Positions 26,810 to 36,055 of a DNA stretch of 61,268 bases are shown one piece after another; within the stretch, counting starts at the first letter, position 1, and each line of letters starts with the position of its first letter. The DNA comes from an uncultured archaeon. GTDB taxonomy: Archaea > Aenigmatarchaeota > Aenigmatarchaeia > QMZS01. Both the position numbers and the translations under genes were made by a program. Under the pieces are notes generated by a model. It saw only the letters and a program-made list of their open reading frames with translations. It had not been told where the DNA came from and made no database searches. Where the stretch lies: contig CAZJKT010000002.1 in NCBI GenBank assembly GCA_964547015.1, forward strand, positions 5,841 through 67,108, read 5' to 3'.

Positions 26810-27547
26810 TTAATTTCCACCCTTCTTCTTGATTTTACCCTTCTGCAAATCGCGCATTATTTTCTTGCTCATCTCAGACGTGTTCGGGGCTCCGCCTTTT
26901 TTTAGGACATTCTCCTTGATTGCAATTTTCTCAATTGCCTCAAACGGGTCGCCAAAATCATCAACCCCGTAATGCCTCTCAATTAAGCCATTCATTTTTG
27001 AAATTATTTGGGCGGCAACAAGCTCAGGATCCTTTAAATTGTCAGGATCCTTTGCCCCGTATATAACATAATCCGCATCATCGCCGGACTTTGAAAACAC
27101 CCCCGGCGTATCTATAATATAAATGCCCTCTGCAATTTTTATCTTCTGGATACTTTTAGTATATCCGCTTTTAGGGCTGACCCCCGCGCTTTTTTTTCCG
27201 GCAAGGGCGTTTATAATGCTTGACTTCCCTGTATTCGGGTATCCCACAACACCGACTGTCGCGGGCTTCCCTTTAGAAATCTCCTTTATTTTCCTCAAAA
27301 GCCGCATATTGCCCCAGTGGAGCTTTGAGCTAACCTGCACTGAATTTTCAAGCCGGATTTTTTTTTGCTCCTCTTTTTCCAAAAGGTCCACCTTGTTTAT
27401 AATATAGAGAAATTTTTTTCCCTCCGCCTTTATCTTCTCTTCAATCTCCGGGTTTATGCTCTCCCTGACCGCCCTTGCATCAATCACCATCAGGACGATA
27501 TCTGATTTCTCAATGACCCCATCCACCATATTTTTGAATCCTGCCAT
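26810..27547 (-). CDS. circularly permuted ribosome-biogenesis GTPase (YlqF/Nug1/MMR_HSR1-type)
   Basis: G4 (INKVDLL) precedes G1 (GYPNTGKSSIINAL) and G3 (IDTPG), which is the permuted order. Confidence 0.65.
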   Translation of the reverse strand: MAGFKNMVDGVIEKSDIVLMVIDARAVRESINPEIEEKIKAEGKKFLYIINKVDLLEKEEQKKIRLENSVQVSSKLHWGNMRLLRKIKEISKGKPATVGVVGYPNTGKSSIINALAGKKSAGVSPKSGYTKSIQKIKIAEGIYIIDTPGVFSKSGDDADYVIYGAKDPDNLKDPELVAAQIISKMNGLIERHYGVDDFGDPFEAIEKIAIKENVLKKGGAPNTSEMSKKIMRDLQKGKIKKKGGN

Positions 27548-27610
27548 AATATGTTTTTGGCTATTGCTTAAGACTTAATTATAAAAATCTTGCCCCTTCC
27601 GAAAAAAATT

Positions 27611-28810
27611 CTAAATCCCCGCAAAAAACAAAAGGGTCGGGACAATCAAGACTCCCATCATAAGGCTTCTCCTTGCCCCGGTGGATATGCAAAAAATCCC
27701 TATTGAAAGCCCTGTTGCCGCAACCCAAAGCCCAATCCAACCGGTAAAGAAAAATACAAGCAGGGTAAGCAGCGCAAAAATCAGCTTTGTCAGCTTGCCG
27801 TATTTCACCCGATGTATATTTCTTATTACCGCCTTTGACAGCCTCAAAGTTATCAAAGCAGAAATTCCCCCTGCCGCAAGAATCATGAAAAAAATCAGAA
27901 AAAGCGTTTGGACATTATATTCAAATTGCAGGGCCTGGATTGCGACCGAAGTCCCGCTTCTCGGGTTCCCTATTGTCCAGAGGGCAACAATGGAAAAAAG
28001 TGATGATGCGGTCGTTATCCCCCCAATAGACACCATAAAATCCTTTAAATTATCCTCCATCTTTGCAAGCTGCTGGGCCATAACCGTAACCTGGCTTGAG
28101 CCTACCCCGGGAAGAATACCCGCCATAAGGCCCGCCGCAACCGAAATCAAAGACGCCCTCTTAGGTGAAGACTCGGAAAAGTCCGCATCAATTTCCTGCT
28201 CGGGCGCCTCATTTGTTTTTGAGGCGAAAAAAAGGGAGGCAAGCCCGAAAAGCCCGCAAAAGGCCGGAAAGAGAACTTCGCTCCCTGAAAGGGGCAGGCG
28301 AAAAATCAATATGCCAAACGCCGCAGAGGAGAAAAATACAGCAAGTGCAGGCAAAAGCTTTTTTCTGCTCGACCAGAGAAGGTGGCCGACGGTGAAGAGC
28401 AAAAGAAGGGCAATCGCAGGCTTCACAAAATCATAAAATCTTGGAATCGCCAGGACAAAAAGCGGGAAAAGTATTGCGATAATAATTGTTGAAAAAAGCC
28501 CGCCATAAGTCGCAAGAGCTATTGCCTCATAACCCCTTCCCATCAGGAGGAATTTTTGGCCCGGAAGGACTGAGAGCGCCGAGTCCTCCTCAGGGGCGGA
28601 AAAAAGGATAGATGGGATAAAATTTACAAAAGAATTTGAGATTTCCGACCCCACCAAAAGGGCGATTAGGCAAAAAACGCTAATCGGAAGAAACGGTGAA
28701 GCTGAAATAAGGATGAAGGCAAGGGTGTTTGGGTGAAGCCCGGGAATCATTCCCGCTATAGACCCGAGAATTATGCCAAAAAAAAGGAACAGGGCTAGTT
28801 CAAAAATCAT
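27611..28810 (-). CDS. TctA/DUF112-family polytopic membrane transporter-like protein
   Basis: The repeated GMIPGLHPNT / GILPGVGSSQ motifs and 10 or more TM segments fit this family. Confidence 0.5.
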   Translation of the reverse strand: MIFELALFLFFGIILGSIAGMIPGLHPNTLAFILISASPFLPISVFCLIALLVGSEISNSFVNFIPSILFSAPEEDSALSVLPGQKFLLMGRGYEAIALATYGGLFSTIIIAILFPLFVLAIPRFYDFVKPAIALLLLFTVGHLLWSSRKKLLPALAVFFSSAAFGILIFRLPLSGSEVLFPAFCGLFGLASLFFASKTNEAPEQEIDADFSESSPKRASLISVAAGLMAGILPGVGSSQVTVMAQQLAKMEDNLKDFMVSIGGITTASSLFSIVALWTIGNPRSGTSVAIQALQFEYNVQTLFLIFFMILAAGGISALITLRLSKAVIRNIHRVKYGKLTKLIFALLTLLVFFFTGWIGLWVAATGLSIGIFCISTGARRSLMMGVLIVPTLLFFAGI

Positions 28811-28811
28811 C

Positions 28812-29111
28812 CTAAAGATCGTCAGCGGGGCTCTTTATATTCCTCAGCGAAGAAGAGCTTATATGCGTATATAGTTGAGTTGTGGCAATGTTTTGATGAC
28901 CAAGCAGTTTTTGGATAATGCGTATATCCGTCCCGGATTCCAAAAGGTGAGTAGCAAAGGAGCGCCTTGGTGTGAGGCTTGCTTTTTTGCAGATTCCTGC
29001 CTTTTTGTAGAAATTCAAAAAATTCCTTTCAGGAAACAGGCAGGCTTTATTGATTTTCGGGCTAAATCCTCTTGAGTTGAGCTTGAGCATTTCAAGTTCG
29101 TCCATAACCAT
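28812..29111 (-). pseudogene. truncated tyrosine recombinase (Xer/phage-integrase C-terminal fragment)
   Basis: Only 99 codons. [36 protein letters not shown] is the box II region (HxxR...Y). The N-terminal core-binding domain and catalytic box I are absent, and the usual H-x-L-R-H is shortened to P-R-R. Confidence 0.7.
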
Positions 29112-29385
29112 ACTTAAATTTAAATATATTCATTAAGACCTATGTATTAAAGTTTAGGTTATGCGAAACTTTGTTAATAACCGTAAAATATTTGGTAGAG
29201 TAGAGTGGGGTTTGTTAGAACGGTTGTTATGTCTAATTAAAATTACCCCTAAAAACAGAAAAACTTCTCTAAATCCAGATGTTATACGCAATTCAAAGGT
29301 TGGCTTACAAGTAAAGAAAAACTGTGTATTACCCTACCTTAATTGCAAAAAATACCGCTTATATACCATATACAGGGATAATATA

Positions 29386-31014
29386 ATGAAAGGAACAAAA
29401 GCCAAATGGATAGCGGTAGCATTGACTAGCCTAATGCTGGCTCTTGGAGCGGTAATTGCAGGAGGGGTGGAAAAGGGCCCCGCCGTTCTTGAGCCTGTGT
29501 CAATAAAGCTGAATTTGCCTAATGTTGCAATTGAAAACTCGCCTGTTTTAGAAGAAAGATGGATTATTGCAGGCGGCTATTCTACAGACAGGGGGCGGCT
29601 GAAATCGGTTGGCTGCGAAGTGGCGCATGAGCTTAGCGATTCTTTAGCTGTAAAATGCCCAAAGGGAGTTTCGGTAACCGGAGCAATTGAAGACCGAATT
29701 GTTTACGCAATGGACATGGGGGCAAATATACAGACCGGATCAGACAGGGTCTGGAACGATTTAGGGTATGACGGAAGCGGAATAGTTGTGGCAGTTTTAG
29801 ACACAGGAGTTGACTATAATCACCCCGAACTCAAAAACGATATTATTGGCGGAAAGAGCTTCATAATAAGGGTAAAGGATTACCGGGATGACAACGGCCA
29901 CGGAACACACTGCGCAGGGATCATAACCTCGAACGGAGCAGTACAGGACTACTCCAGAGGAGCGGCTCCGGGAACAAAGATATGGGCCGGAAAAGTCCTT
30001 GACAGAAATGGCAGAGGATACACCTCAGACATAGCGGCGGCAATTGAATATGTTGTCAAAAACGAGATAGCAGAAATCATAAGCCTAAGCCTTGGCGGAG
30101 GAGGATACACAACGGAAAACTGCGACGGCGATTATCTTGCAGAAAAGGTGAACTGGGCAGTAAGCCGGGGTGTAACTGTTGTTGCGGCTGCGGGAAACAC
30201 TGACGGAGTAATATCGAGCCCCGGATGCGCTTCAGGAGCAATAGCTGTCGGAGCGGTTGACAAGAATGATGTTAGGGCAGGGTGGTCGGGAACAGGTCCG
30301 GCATTGGACATAATGGCCCCGGGAGTCGGCATATACTCAACAATCCCAAACTCCGGTTATGCCTATTACTCAGGAACCTCGATGGCAACGCCTCATGTGG
30401 CGGCAGTAGTAGCGATGATGATGCAAGCAAATGCCGAGACAACAGATAGCGAGATAAAAGATGCGCTCTACAGCACCGCAGTCGACTTGGGAGCCTTTGG
30501 GTATGACAATTACTATGGACAGGGAAGAGTTGATGCATATGGAGCGGTGAAGAAGCTTATAACCTCCGCAACCTGCGAATCTGATTATAACTGCGATGAT
30601 GGACTTTATTGCAATGGCGCTGAAACCTGCCAAAGCGGGATTTGCGTAGCGGGAGCGCCAGTAGACTGCAGCGTAACTCAAGGAGCTGATGAATGCAACA
30701 TCGGAGTATGCGATGAAAATGCAAAAGCCTGCGCTACCGAGCCAAAGCCGGACCAAACAGCCTGCGGCGATAACGGGATATGCTGCAGCGGAATATGCTC
30801 CGAGCCGTTTTGCCGGACAGACTCTGACTGCAATGACGGAGATGACTCAACAAAAGACACCTGCATTAACGGCGGAACTTGCAATGCCTACTGCCAAAAT
30901 GATTCTGTCTCCGAGGAGCCTTCAGAATGCGCGCCTAACGGAAGGTTCTGCAACTGCGACGGCAAGTGCAATGCAAGAGAAACAAAAGATACCTGCCCTT
31001 GGGACTGCATATAA
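29386..31014 (+). CDS. secreted subtilisin-like serine protease (S8) with a Cys-rich C-terminal extension
   Basis: Catalytic triad motifs VAVLDTGVD, HGTHCAG and GTSMATPHVAA. The signal peptide MKGTKAKWIAVALTSLMLALGAVIAG starts at the ATG at 29386. The last approximately 160 aa hold more than 25 Cys. Confidence 0.85.
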   Translation: MKGTKAKWIAVALTSLMLALGAVIAGGVEKGPAVLEPVSIKLNLPNVAIENSPVLEERWIIAGGYSTDRGRLKSVGCEVAHELSDSLAVKCPKGVSVTGAIEDRIVYAMDMGANIQTGSDRVWNDLGYDGSGIVVAVLDTGVDYNHPELKNDIIGGKSFIIRVKDYRDDNGHGTHCAGIITSNGAVQDYSRGAAPGTKIWAGKVLDRNGRGYTSDIAAAIEYVVKNEIAEIISLSLGGGGYTTENCDGDYLAEKVNWAVSRGVTVVAAAGNTDGVISSPGCASGAIAVGAVDKNDVRAGWSGTGPALDIMAPGVGIYSTIPNSGYAYYSGTSMATPHVAAVVAMMMQANAETTDSEIKDALYSTAVDLGAFGYDNYYGQGRVDAYGAVKKLITSATCESDYNCDDGLYCNGAETCQSGICVAGAPVDCSVTQGADECNIGVCDENAKACATEPKPDQTACGDNGICCSGICSEPFCRTDSDCNDGDDSTKDTCINGGTCNAYCQNDSVSEEPSECAPNGRFCNCDGKCNARETKDTCPWDCI

Positions 31015-31051
31015 CGACATTTTGCCTTTTTTGTAGTTTTTATTTTAATTT

Positions 31052-31327
31052 ATGAAAATACACCATACTATCGACTGGGATACTTATAGAACTCCTGAGC
31101 CTAATCTATCCCAAATTGATTTTTCGATCCTTTATCATCCGATTCAGGAAATCCCTAAAAATATGGAGGGGCTCTGCTATGAAGCCCAAAAATCTGTTGA
31201 AAGCCTCTACTTCAGCCTTCCCCAAAACAGAAGCCAAAATACATTTAATGAGTATCCTAAGCGTATAAAACAAATAATTGATTATGCCCTTAAGAAAGAT
31301 CGAGGAAGGAAAACTAAAAATATATGA
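31052..31327 (+). CDS. hypothetical small protein (doubtful)
   Basis: ORF only; it overlaps the probable trm1 start by 50 nt. Confidence 0.2.
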   Translation: MKIHHTIDWDTYRTPEPNLSQIDFSILYHPIQEIPKNMEGLCYEAQKSVESLYFSLPQNRSQNTFNEYPKRIKQIIDYALKKDRGRKTKNI

Positions 31328-32393
31328 GTCAATTGAAGACATCCCCACAAAGAAAATGGGGGCGTTCTACAACCCCGAAATGAGTTTTGATCGAAGCCTC
31401 TCTGAGATTATTATCCAAATAATCAATCCAAAAAAAGCCCTTGACGGAATGTCGGCAAGCGGGGTGCGGGGGCTTCGCTACGCCTCGGTTTTGCCTGATT
31501 CTGAAGTTGTGCTAAATGAACTGAACCCAAAAGCAGTTAAATTGATTGAAAAAAACCTTGCAGAAAACAAGGCTATACTAAACCCCCAAAATATCCGAAT
31601 AGAGAACAAAAATCTCTACACAATTTTGGGCGAGGAGATGTTTGACTTTATTGACATTGACCCTTTCGGCTCGCCGATTTACTTTTTGGACTCTGCCGCG
31701 CGCTCCATAAGAAACAAGGGGGTCGTTGCCTTCACCGCAACCGACACAGCCGCGCTTTTTGGCACCTCCCCAAACGCGGGGCTTAGAAAATACGGAATAA
31801 AAAGCCTTCGCTGCGACTTCTCAAAGGAGCTTGGCCTTAGAATTCTGATAACCGCCGCGATAAGGAAGTTTGCCGAATACGAAATTGAAATGGTTCCTGT
31901 TTTTTCCTACTGCCGCAGGCATTACTTCCGGGTTTTCGGGCAGGTTCGCCGCGGAGCAAAACGGGCAGACCGGCTTTTGGAAAGTTTTGAATATATAAGC
32001 TACTGCCAAAAGTGCGGATGGCGGGACTACGGAATTTTTGGGAAGTGCAAAAACTGCAAGAGTCAAATAAACCTGATTGGTCCAATTTTCACAGGCGACT
32101 TCGCGTCAATTGGAATGTGCGGCGAGATGCTGAAATATTGGTGGCCAACGGCAAAAGAAGACGACGAAAAAGGAAAATTCGTCCCGGACTACACAAGATT
32201 CATCCAGATGGTTTCAAGGGAACAAGGCTACCCTCCATACTACGACATCCACCACATATGCAAGCTCAACAAGTGCGAAATCAAGAAGACAGAAGTTTTG
32301 CTAAAAGAACTTGAAGGCGTAAGGACGCATTTCCTCGGAACAGGAATAAAGACAAAAAAGGGATTTAAGGAAGCGCTTAAATCCTTAAAATAA
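31278..32393 (+). CDS. trm1: tRNA (guanine26-N2)-dimethyltransferase Trm1
   Basis: IEEGKLKIY...GAFYNPEMSFDRSLS...ALDGMSASGVRGLRYA and the C-terminal Cys cluster (YCQKCGW...CKNCK) fit Trm1. Confidence 0.8.
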   Translation: MIMPLRKIEEGKLKIYESIEDIPTKKMGAFYNPEMSFDRSLSEIIIQIINPKKALDGMSASGVRGLRYASVLPDSEVVLNELNPKAVKLIEKNLAENKAILNPQNIRIENKNLYTILGEEMFDFIDIDPFGSPIYFLDSAARSIRNKGVVAFTATDTAALFGTSPNAGLRKYGIKSLRCDFSKELGLRILITAAIRKFAEYEIEMVPVFSYCRRHYFRVFGQVRRGAKRADRLLESFEYISYCQKCGWRDYGIFGKCKNCKSQINLIGPIFTGDFASIGMCGEMLKYWWPTAKEDDEKGKFVPDYTRFIQMVSREQGYPPYYDIHHICKLNKCEIKKTEVLLKELEGVRTHFLGTGIKTKKGFKEALKSLK

Positions 32394-32404
32394 GTTAGAG
32401 CAAC

Positions 32405-33595
32405 TTAAGCGTCGATCTCTTTTTGTTTCCTTCTCCTAAGGATATTATTGACCTTGCTTTTTGCAATGGAAAGTTTTGACCCTTTATTTTTCATTTCTGC
32501 GGATTTTTGTATTTGGGATTCATACATTAAAAGAACTTTCTCAATCGTCTTGTCGGCTGAATGTTTTGACACCTCTTTTAGGCAAAGTTTTGAGAGCTTT
32601 TTTCGGTTGGCATACGCCAAATCTATTTTTCGGCTCAAGTCATCAATATTTCCGCTTTCATAAAGGTAGCCGGTCCTTGCATTTTTTATAGTTTCCTCAA
32701 GGGCCATTTCGCTCGCCCCGACAACCGGAGTCCCGCAAGCCATAGCTTCCAGTGCAACAAGCCCCTGGGTTTCGGCAATGGAAGGAAAAACAAATACATC
32801 AAGCGCAGAATAAAAAGCCCTCTGGTCTTCCTTGCTCAAAAAACCGAAAAAAGATATATTCTTTTTTCTCTTTGCAAGCCTTCGGTAATGGGCCTCAGCG
32901 GGCCCGTTCCCAATAATCACAATTTTTCCCTCAAACTTTCCGGAAACATTTATCAAATCCTCAAGCCTTTTTTCATGGCACAGCCTTCCGCAGTACCCTA
33001 TAAGCTTTTCATCGCCAATGCAGTATTTTTCCCTGAATAAATCCCTATCGACCGGCCGAAAAAAGTCCAGATCCACCCCGTTAGAGAGGACAACCGGATT
33101 TTTTATGCCTTTCTGTATGAGCCGTTTTTTTATGACTTTGGAGGGGCAGGTTACAATATCAAATGAATTAAGGAGCTTTCTTTCCCAAAGGTTATATAAC
33201 TTGGTAAGCCCTTTTTTGAGGGGCTTTCTTTTTGTAAGGTATCCCACATATTCGTCACCGGGTGTGTGGAATGTATGAAGCTTTGGGACTCCAAGCAATT
33301 TTGAAACATAAGCCCCCATTATCGCCTGCGAAAAAAGCCCATGGATATGGACAACATCAAGGCCCCTTGCATTTCTAAGGACCCATGAAGGGATTGCAAT
33401 TTTGTATCCCTCGTAATACCTAAATCCGACAGACCTTAAGGGAAACTCGTTTTTTTGCGGAACATATTCACCTGACGGGTAAAATAAAATGACCTCATGT
33501 CCCGCCTCTTCAAGCTTTCTTTTCCACAGATTGATTGTGTAGGTTACCCCGTTTATCTGCGGGAAATATGTGTCTGTAAAGATTCCAATTCTCAT
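32405..33595 (-). CDS. GT4-family glycosyltransferase
   Basis: MRIGIFTDTYFPQINGVTYTI... and the C-terminal E..G...LEAMACGTPVV motif fit GT4. Confidence 0.7.
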   Translation of the reverse strand: MRIGIFTDTYFPQINGVTYTINLWKRKLEEAGHEVILFYPSGEYVPQKNEFPLRSVGFRYYEGYKIAIPSWVLRNARGLDVVHIHGLFSQAIMGAYVSKLLGVPKLHTFHTPGDEYVGYLTKRKPLKKGLTKLYNLWERKLLNSFDIVTCPSKVIKKRLIQKGIKNPVVLSNGVDLDFFRPVDRDLFREKYCIGDEKLIGYCGRLCHEKRLEDLINVSGKFEGKIVIIGNGPAEAHYRRLAKRKKNISFFGFLSKEDQRAFYSALDVFVFPSIAETQGLVALEAMACGTPVVGASEMALEETIKNARTGYLYESGNIDDLSRKIDLAYANRKKLSKLCLKEVSKHSADKTIEKVLLMYESQIQKSAEMKNKGSKLSIAKSKVNNILRRRKQKEIDA

Positions 33596-33680
33596 ATTTT
33601 TAGGCTTTGGCCCATAATAAACCTAAAAAAGGCTATTCTAATATATATTGCAGGGGGTTTATTTAAATGATAATCGATTT

Positions 33681-34394
33681 ATGGAAATCTCGGTAATAAT
33701 CCCGACGCTAAATGAGGAGAAATATATTGAGGACTGCCTAAAGGCTATTTCTACTCAGGATTTTCCAAGGGAGAAATATGAGGTGATAGTATCTGACGGG
33801 GCGAGCACAGACAAAACCGCAAAGATTGCAAAAAAATATGCTGATAAGGTGGTTGTTTCAAAAAAAAGAGGGATTTGGTGGGGAAGGAATTATGGGGCGA
33901 AGTTTGCAAAAGGGAAATACCTTGTATTCATCGATGCGGACACTATTATTGACAGGGATTACCTTAAAACAGTCCACCCATACCTTGAGAGGGGATATAT
34001 TGGGGTTTCAACATATTTCAATTTTTCGGGCAAAACTAAAACAATCCGGATCGCAAACCAAGTCAGCAATATTTACTGGATACTCAGCGACGCCATCCGG
34101 AGAAAAGGGCTATTTGGATTCAATCTCTGCACCCCTCAAAAAATATTTGCCCGGGTTGGAGGCTTCAAGGATACCGACCTAGAAGATGTGAGGATGTATA
34201 GAGAGCTGTCAAAAGTCGGCAAGACGATAAGGTTACGGGAAAGGAAAGTAGTAACTTCATCTCGCAGACTGGAGAAATTCGGCTCTTGGGGAGCTTTAAG
34301 GTACTACATAGAACTATTTTACTTGGAGATAATACGATCAAAAGGTAAGAGTAAGGCAAGATTTCTCAAGTATGGGAGATATATAAAAACATAA
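33681..34394 (+). CDS. GT2-family glycosyltransferase (paralog A)
   Basis: ISVIIPTLNEEKYIEDCL...VSDGASTDKT...FIDADT. The first ATG is at 33681. Confidence 0.75.
   Translation: MEISVIIPTLNEEKYIEDCLKAISTQDFPREKYEVIVSDGASTDKTAKIAKKYADKVVVSKKRGIWWGRNYGAKFAKGKYLVFIDADTIIDRDYLKTVHPYLERGYIGVSTYFNFSGKTKTIRIANQVSNIYWILSDAIRRKGLFGFNLCTPQKIFARVGGFKDTDLEDVRMYRELSKVGKTIRLRERKVVTSSRRLEKFGSWGALRYYIELFYLEIIRSKGKSKARFLKYGRYIKT
33792..34013 (+). repeat. 222-bp segment about 93% identical to 35411-35632 (inside the GT2 paralogs)
   Basis: Hand alignment gives 15 mismatches in 222 nt, with an identical run of more than 50 nt. The flanking coding sequence is far more diverged. Confidence 0.85.
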
Positions 34395-34599
34395 AGTTCT
34401 GGAAAAACAAAAGGTATTTGGCTAGTCGGGAATAGTTAGGATACTCTCAGTCAGGACTACATTAGACGATGTGTTTATTTTCGGAGCAAGTTACCTCAAA
34501 ATATCTACAAACAAATTAGGTAATTCTTCATTTCTGGGGTTGAACCAAACCCCCTTTTGAAGAGCATATACTTTATAATTTCCCTGTTTACCTCGTGAT

Positions 34600-35230
34600 A
34601 TAATGAAGGGTGTATATAGGAGTACAAAACCAATTTTCAGATATTGGTAAGAATGCGGTTTGGGTTTCTTCTGGGCTTTCTAACAAAAACTTCATAAATA
34701 TTTGTGAAACTAATTACACCAATTATGTCCTATAATTATACCTGCAGAATATTTCCTCACAAAGCTCCAAAACTCTTCAATACCGTTTAGGCAGTTATGG
34801 ACATTCTCAAAACATCTTGCCTGCTCTATCCTGCTTTGCTTGCCATATAACCCCAAATCCTTGTAGGATTTGAAATAATCGGAGTAGTAGGCGGGCTAGT
34901 CTATACCCTCTAATATATAAATTAAAAAAATCTTGGCGGAAACATCTTCAACCAGGATTATAAAAATATTCTCTTGCATTCTAAAATGCCAAATACGGGC
35001 TGTTTGTTAGAGGTATCTTTTCCTCAACTTCCCTTTCTTCTGTCGCCAAAGTGAGATTCATCGGCATCTATGTAGCCACCGAATTTGGTGAAGTTTCTGT
35101 TTCAGTAAGCAGACAGTAACTTACTAAAAACAATCTACTTTCCTGACACGGCATTGCAACCTAGGTCTAACTCCTTAGCGCACTTGTACGCGCTAACCTC
35201 AAAATAAGCGAATTACAATAAAGAGAATAT
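34600..35230 (-). pseudogene. decayed IS1595-family (ISXO2-like) transposase remnant
   Basis: Minus-strand translation gives CAKELDLGCNAVSGK*, GGYIDADESHFGDRRKGKLRK, ARIWHFRMQENIFIILVEDVSAKIF, YYSDYFKSYKDLG and NCLNGIEEFWSFVRKYSAG...FHKYL*SFC*KAQKK. This is colinear with the HTH and DDE_Tnp_IS1595 domains but broken by several stops and frame changes. No ORF of 60 aa or more exists in 34395-35299. Boundaries are approximate. Confidence 0.65.
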
Positions 35231-35299
35231 GTTAAGAGAAGGGCTTGCTACCCCTAATCTGAAGCAATTACCATATATTATTATCTACCCTGTTCAGTT

Positions 35300-36016
35300 A
35301 TGGAGTTCTCAGTTATAATCCCTGCACTAAATGAAGAAAAATGCATTGAAAACTGCATCAACTCTGTCTTAAATCAAACCTACCCAAGAGACAGGTACGA
35401 GATTATTGTGTCTGACGGGGCGAGTAAAGACAAGACCGCAAAGATTGCAAAAAAATATGCTGATAAGGTGGTTGTTTCAAAAAAAAGAGGGATATGGTGG
35501 GGGAGGAATTATGGAGCGAAATTTGCAAAGGGGAAATACTTGGTATTCATCGATGCAGATACCATTATTGACAGGGATTACCTTAAAACAGTCCACCCAT
35601 ATCTTGAGAGGGGATATGTTGGGGTTTCAACAGGGTTTAGGTTCTCGGAACGAAACTTAAGAATAAGATTAATTGAGGGCTACCTTACCTTATTCTGGAA
35701 GATCGCCTCTGCAACAGGGTTCAAACAATTACTAGGTTTTAGCTTATGTATTCCAAAAAAGACATTCAAGGAAGTTGGGGGATTTAAGGATTTTTACATG
35801 GAAGACGCGATGATTAACAGAGACCTTAAAAAATTTGGAAAAATCAAATACATCTCTGAAAAGAAGGTAACCACCTCTCCAAGAAAATATGAAAAGCAAG
35901 GGTTCATCCTTGCGAGCCTGAGATATAATAAATGTGAAATAGTGGATATATTAAGGTCTAGGAGCAAGCTACTACACAAAAAACTATCATCAGAGAAATA
36001 TCTGGAAATCCGATGA
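35300..36016 (+). CDS. GT2-family glycosyltransferase (paralog B)
   Basis: FSVIIPALNEEKCIENCI...VSDGASKDKT...FIDADT; a paralog of 33681..34394. Confidence 0.75.
   Translation: MEFSVIIPALNEEKCIENCINSVLNQTYPRDRYEIIVSDGASKDKTAKIAKKYADKVVVSKKRGIWWGRNYGAKFAKGKYLVFIDADTIIDRDYLKTVHPYLERGYVGVSTGFRFSERNLRIRLIEGYLTLFWKIASATGFKQLLGFSLCIPKKTFKEVGGFKDFYMEDAMINRDLKKFGKIKYISEKKVTTSPRKYEKQGFILASLRYNKCEIVDILRSRSKLLHKKLSSEKYLEIR
35411..35632 (+). repeat. 222-bp segment about 93% identical to 33792-34013
   Basis: See 33792-34013. Confidence 0.85.
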
Positions 36017-36055
36017 TCGACTTAAATAACCTGTTTTAAATTATAACTTTAAGTT

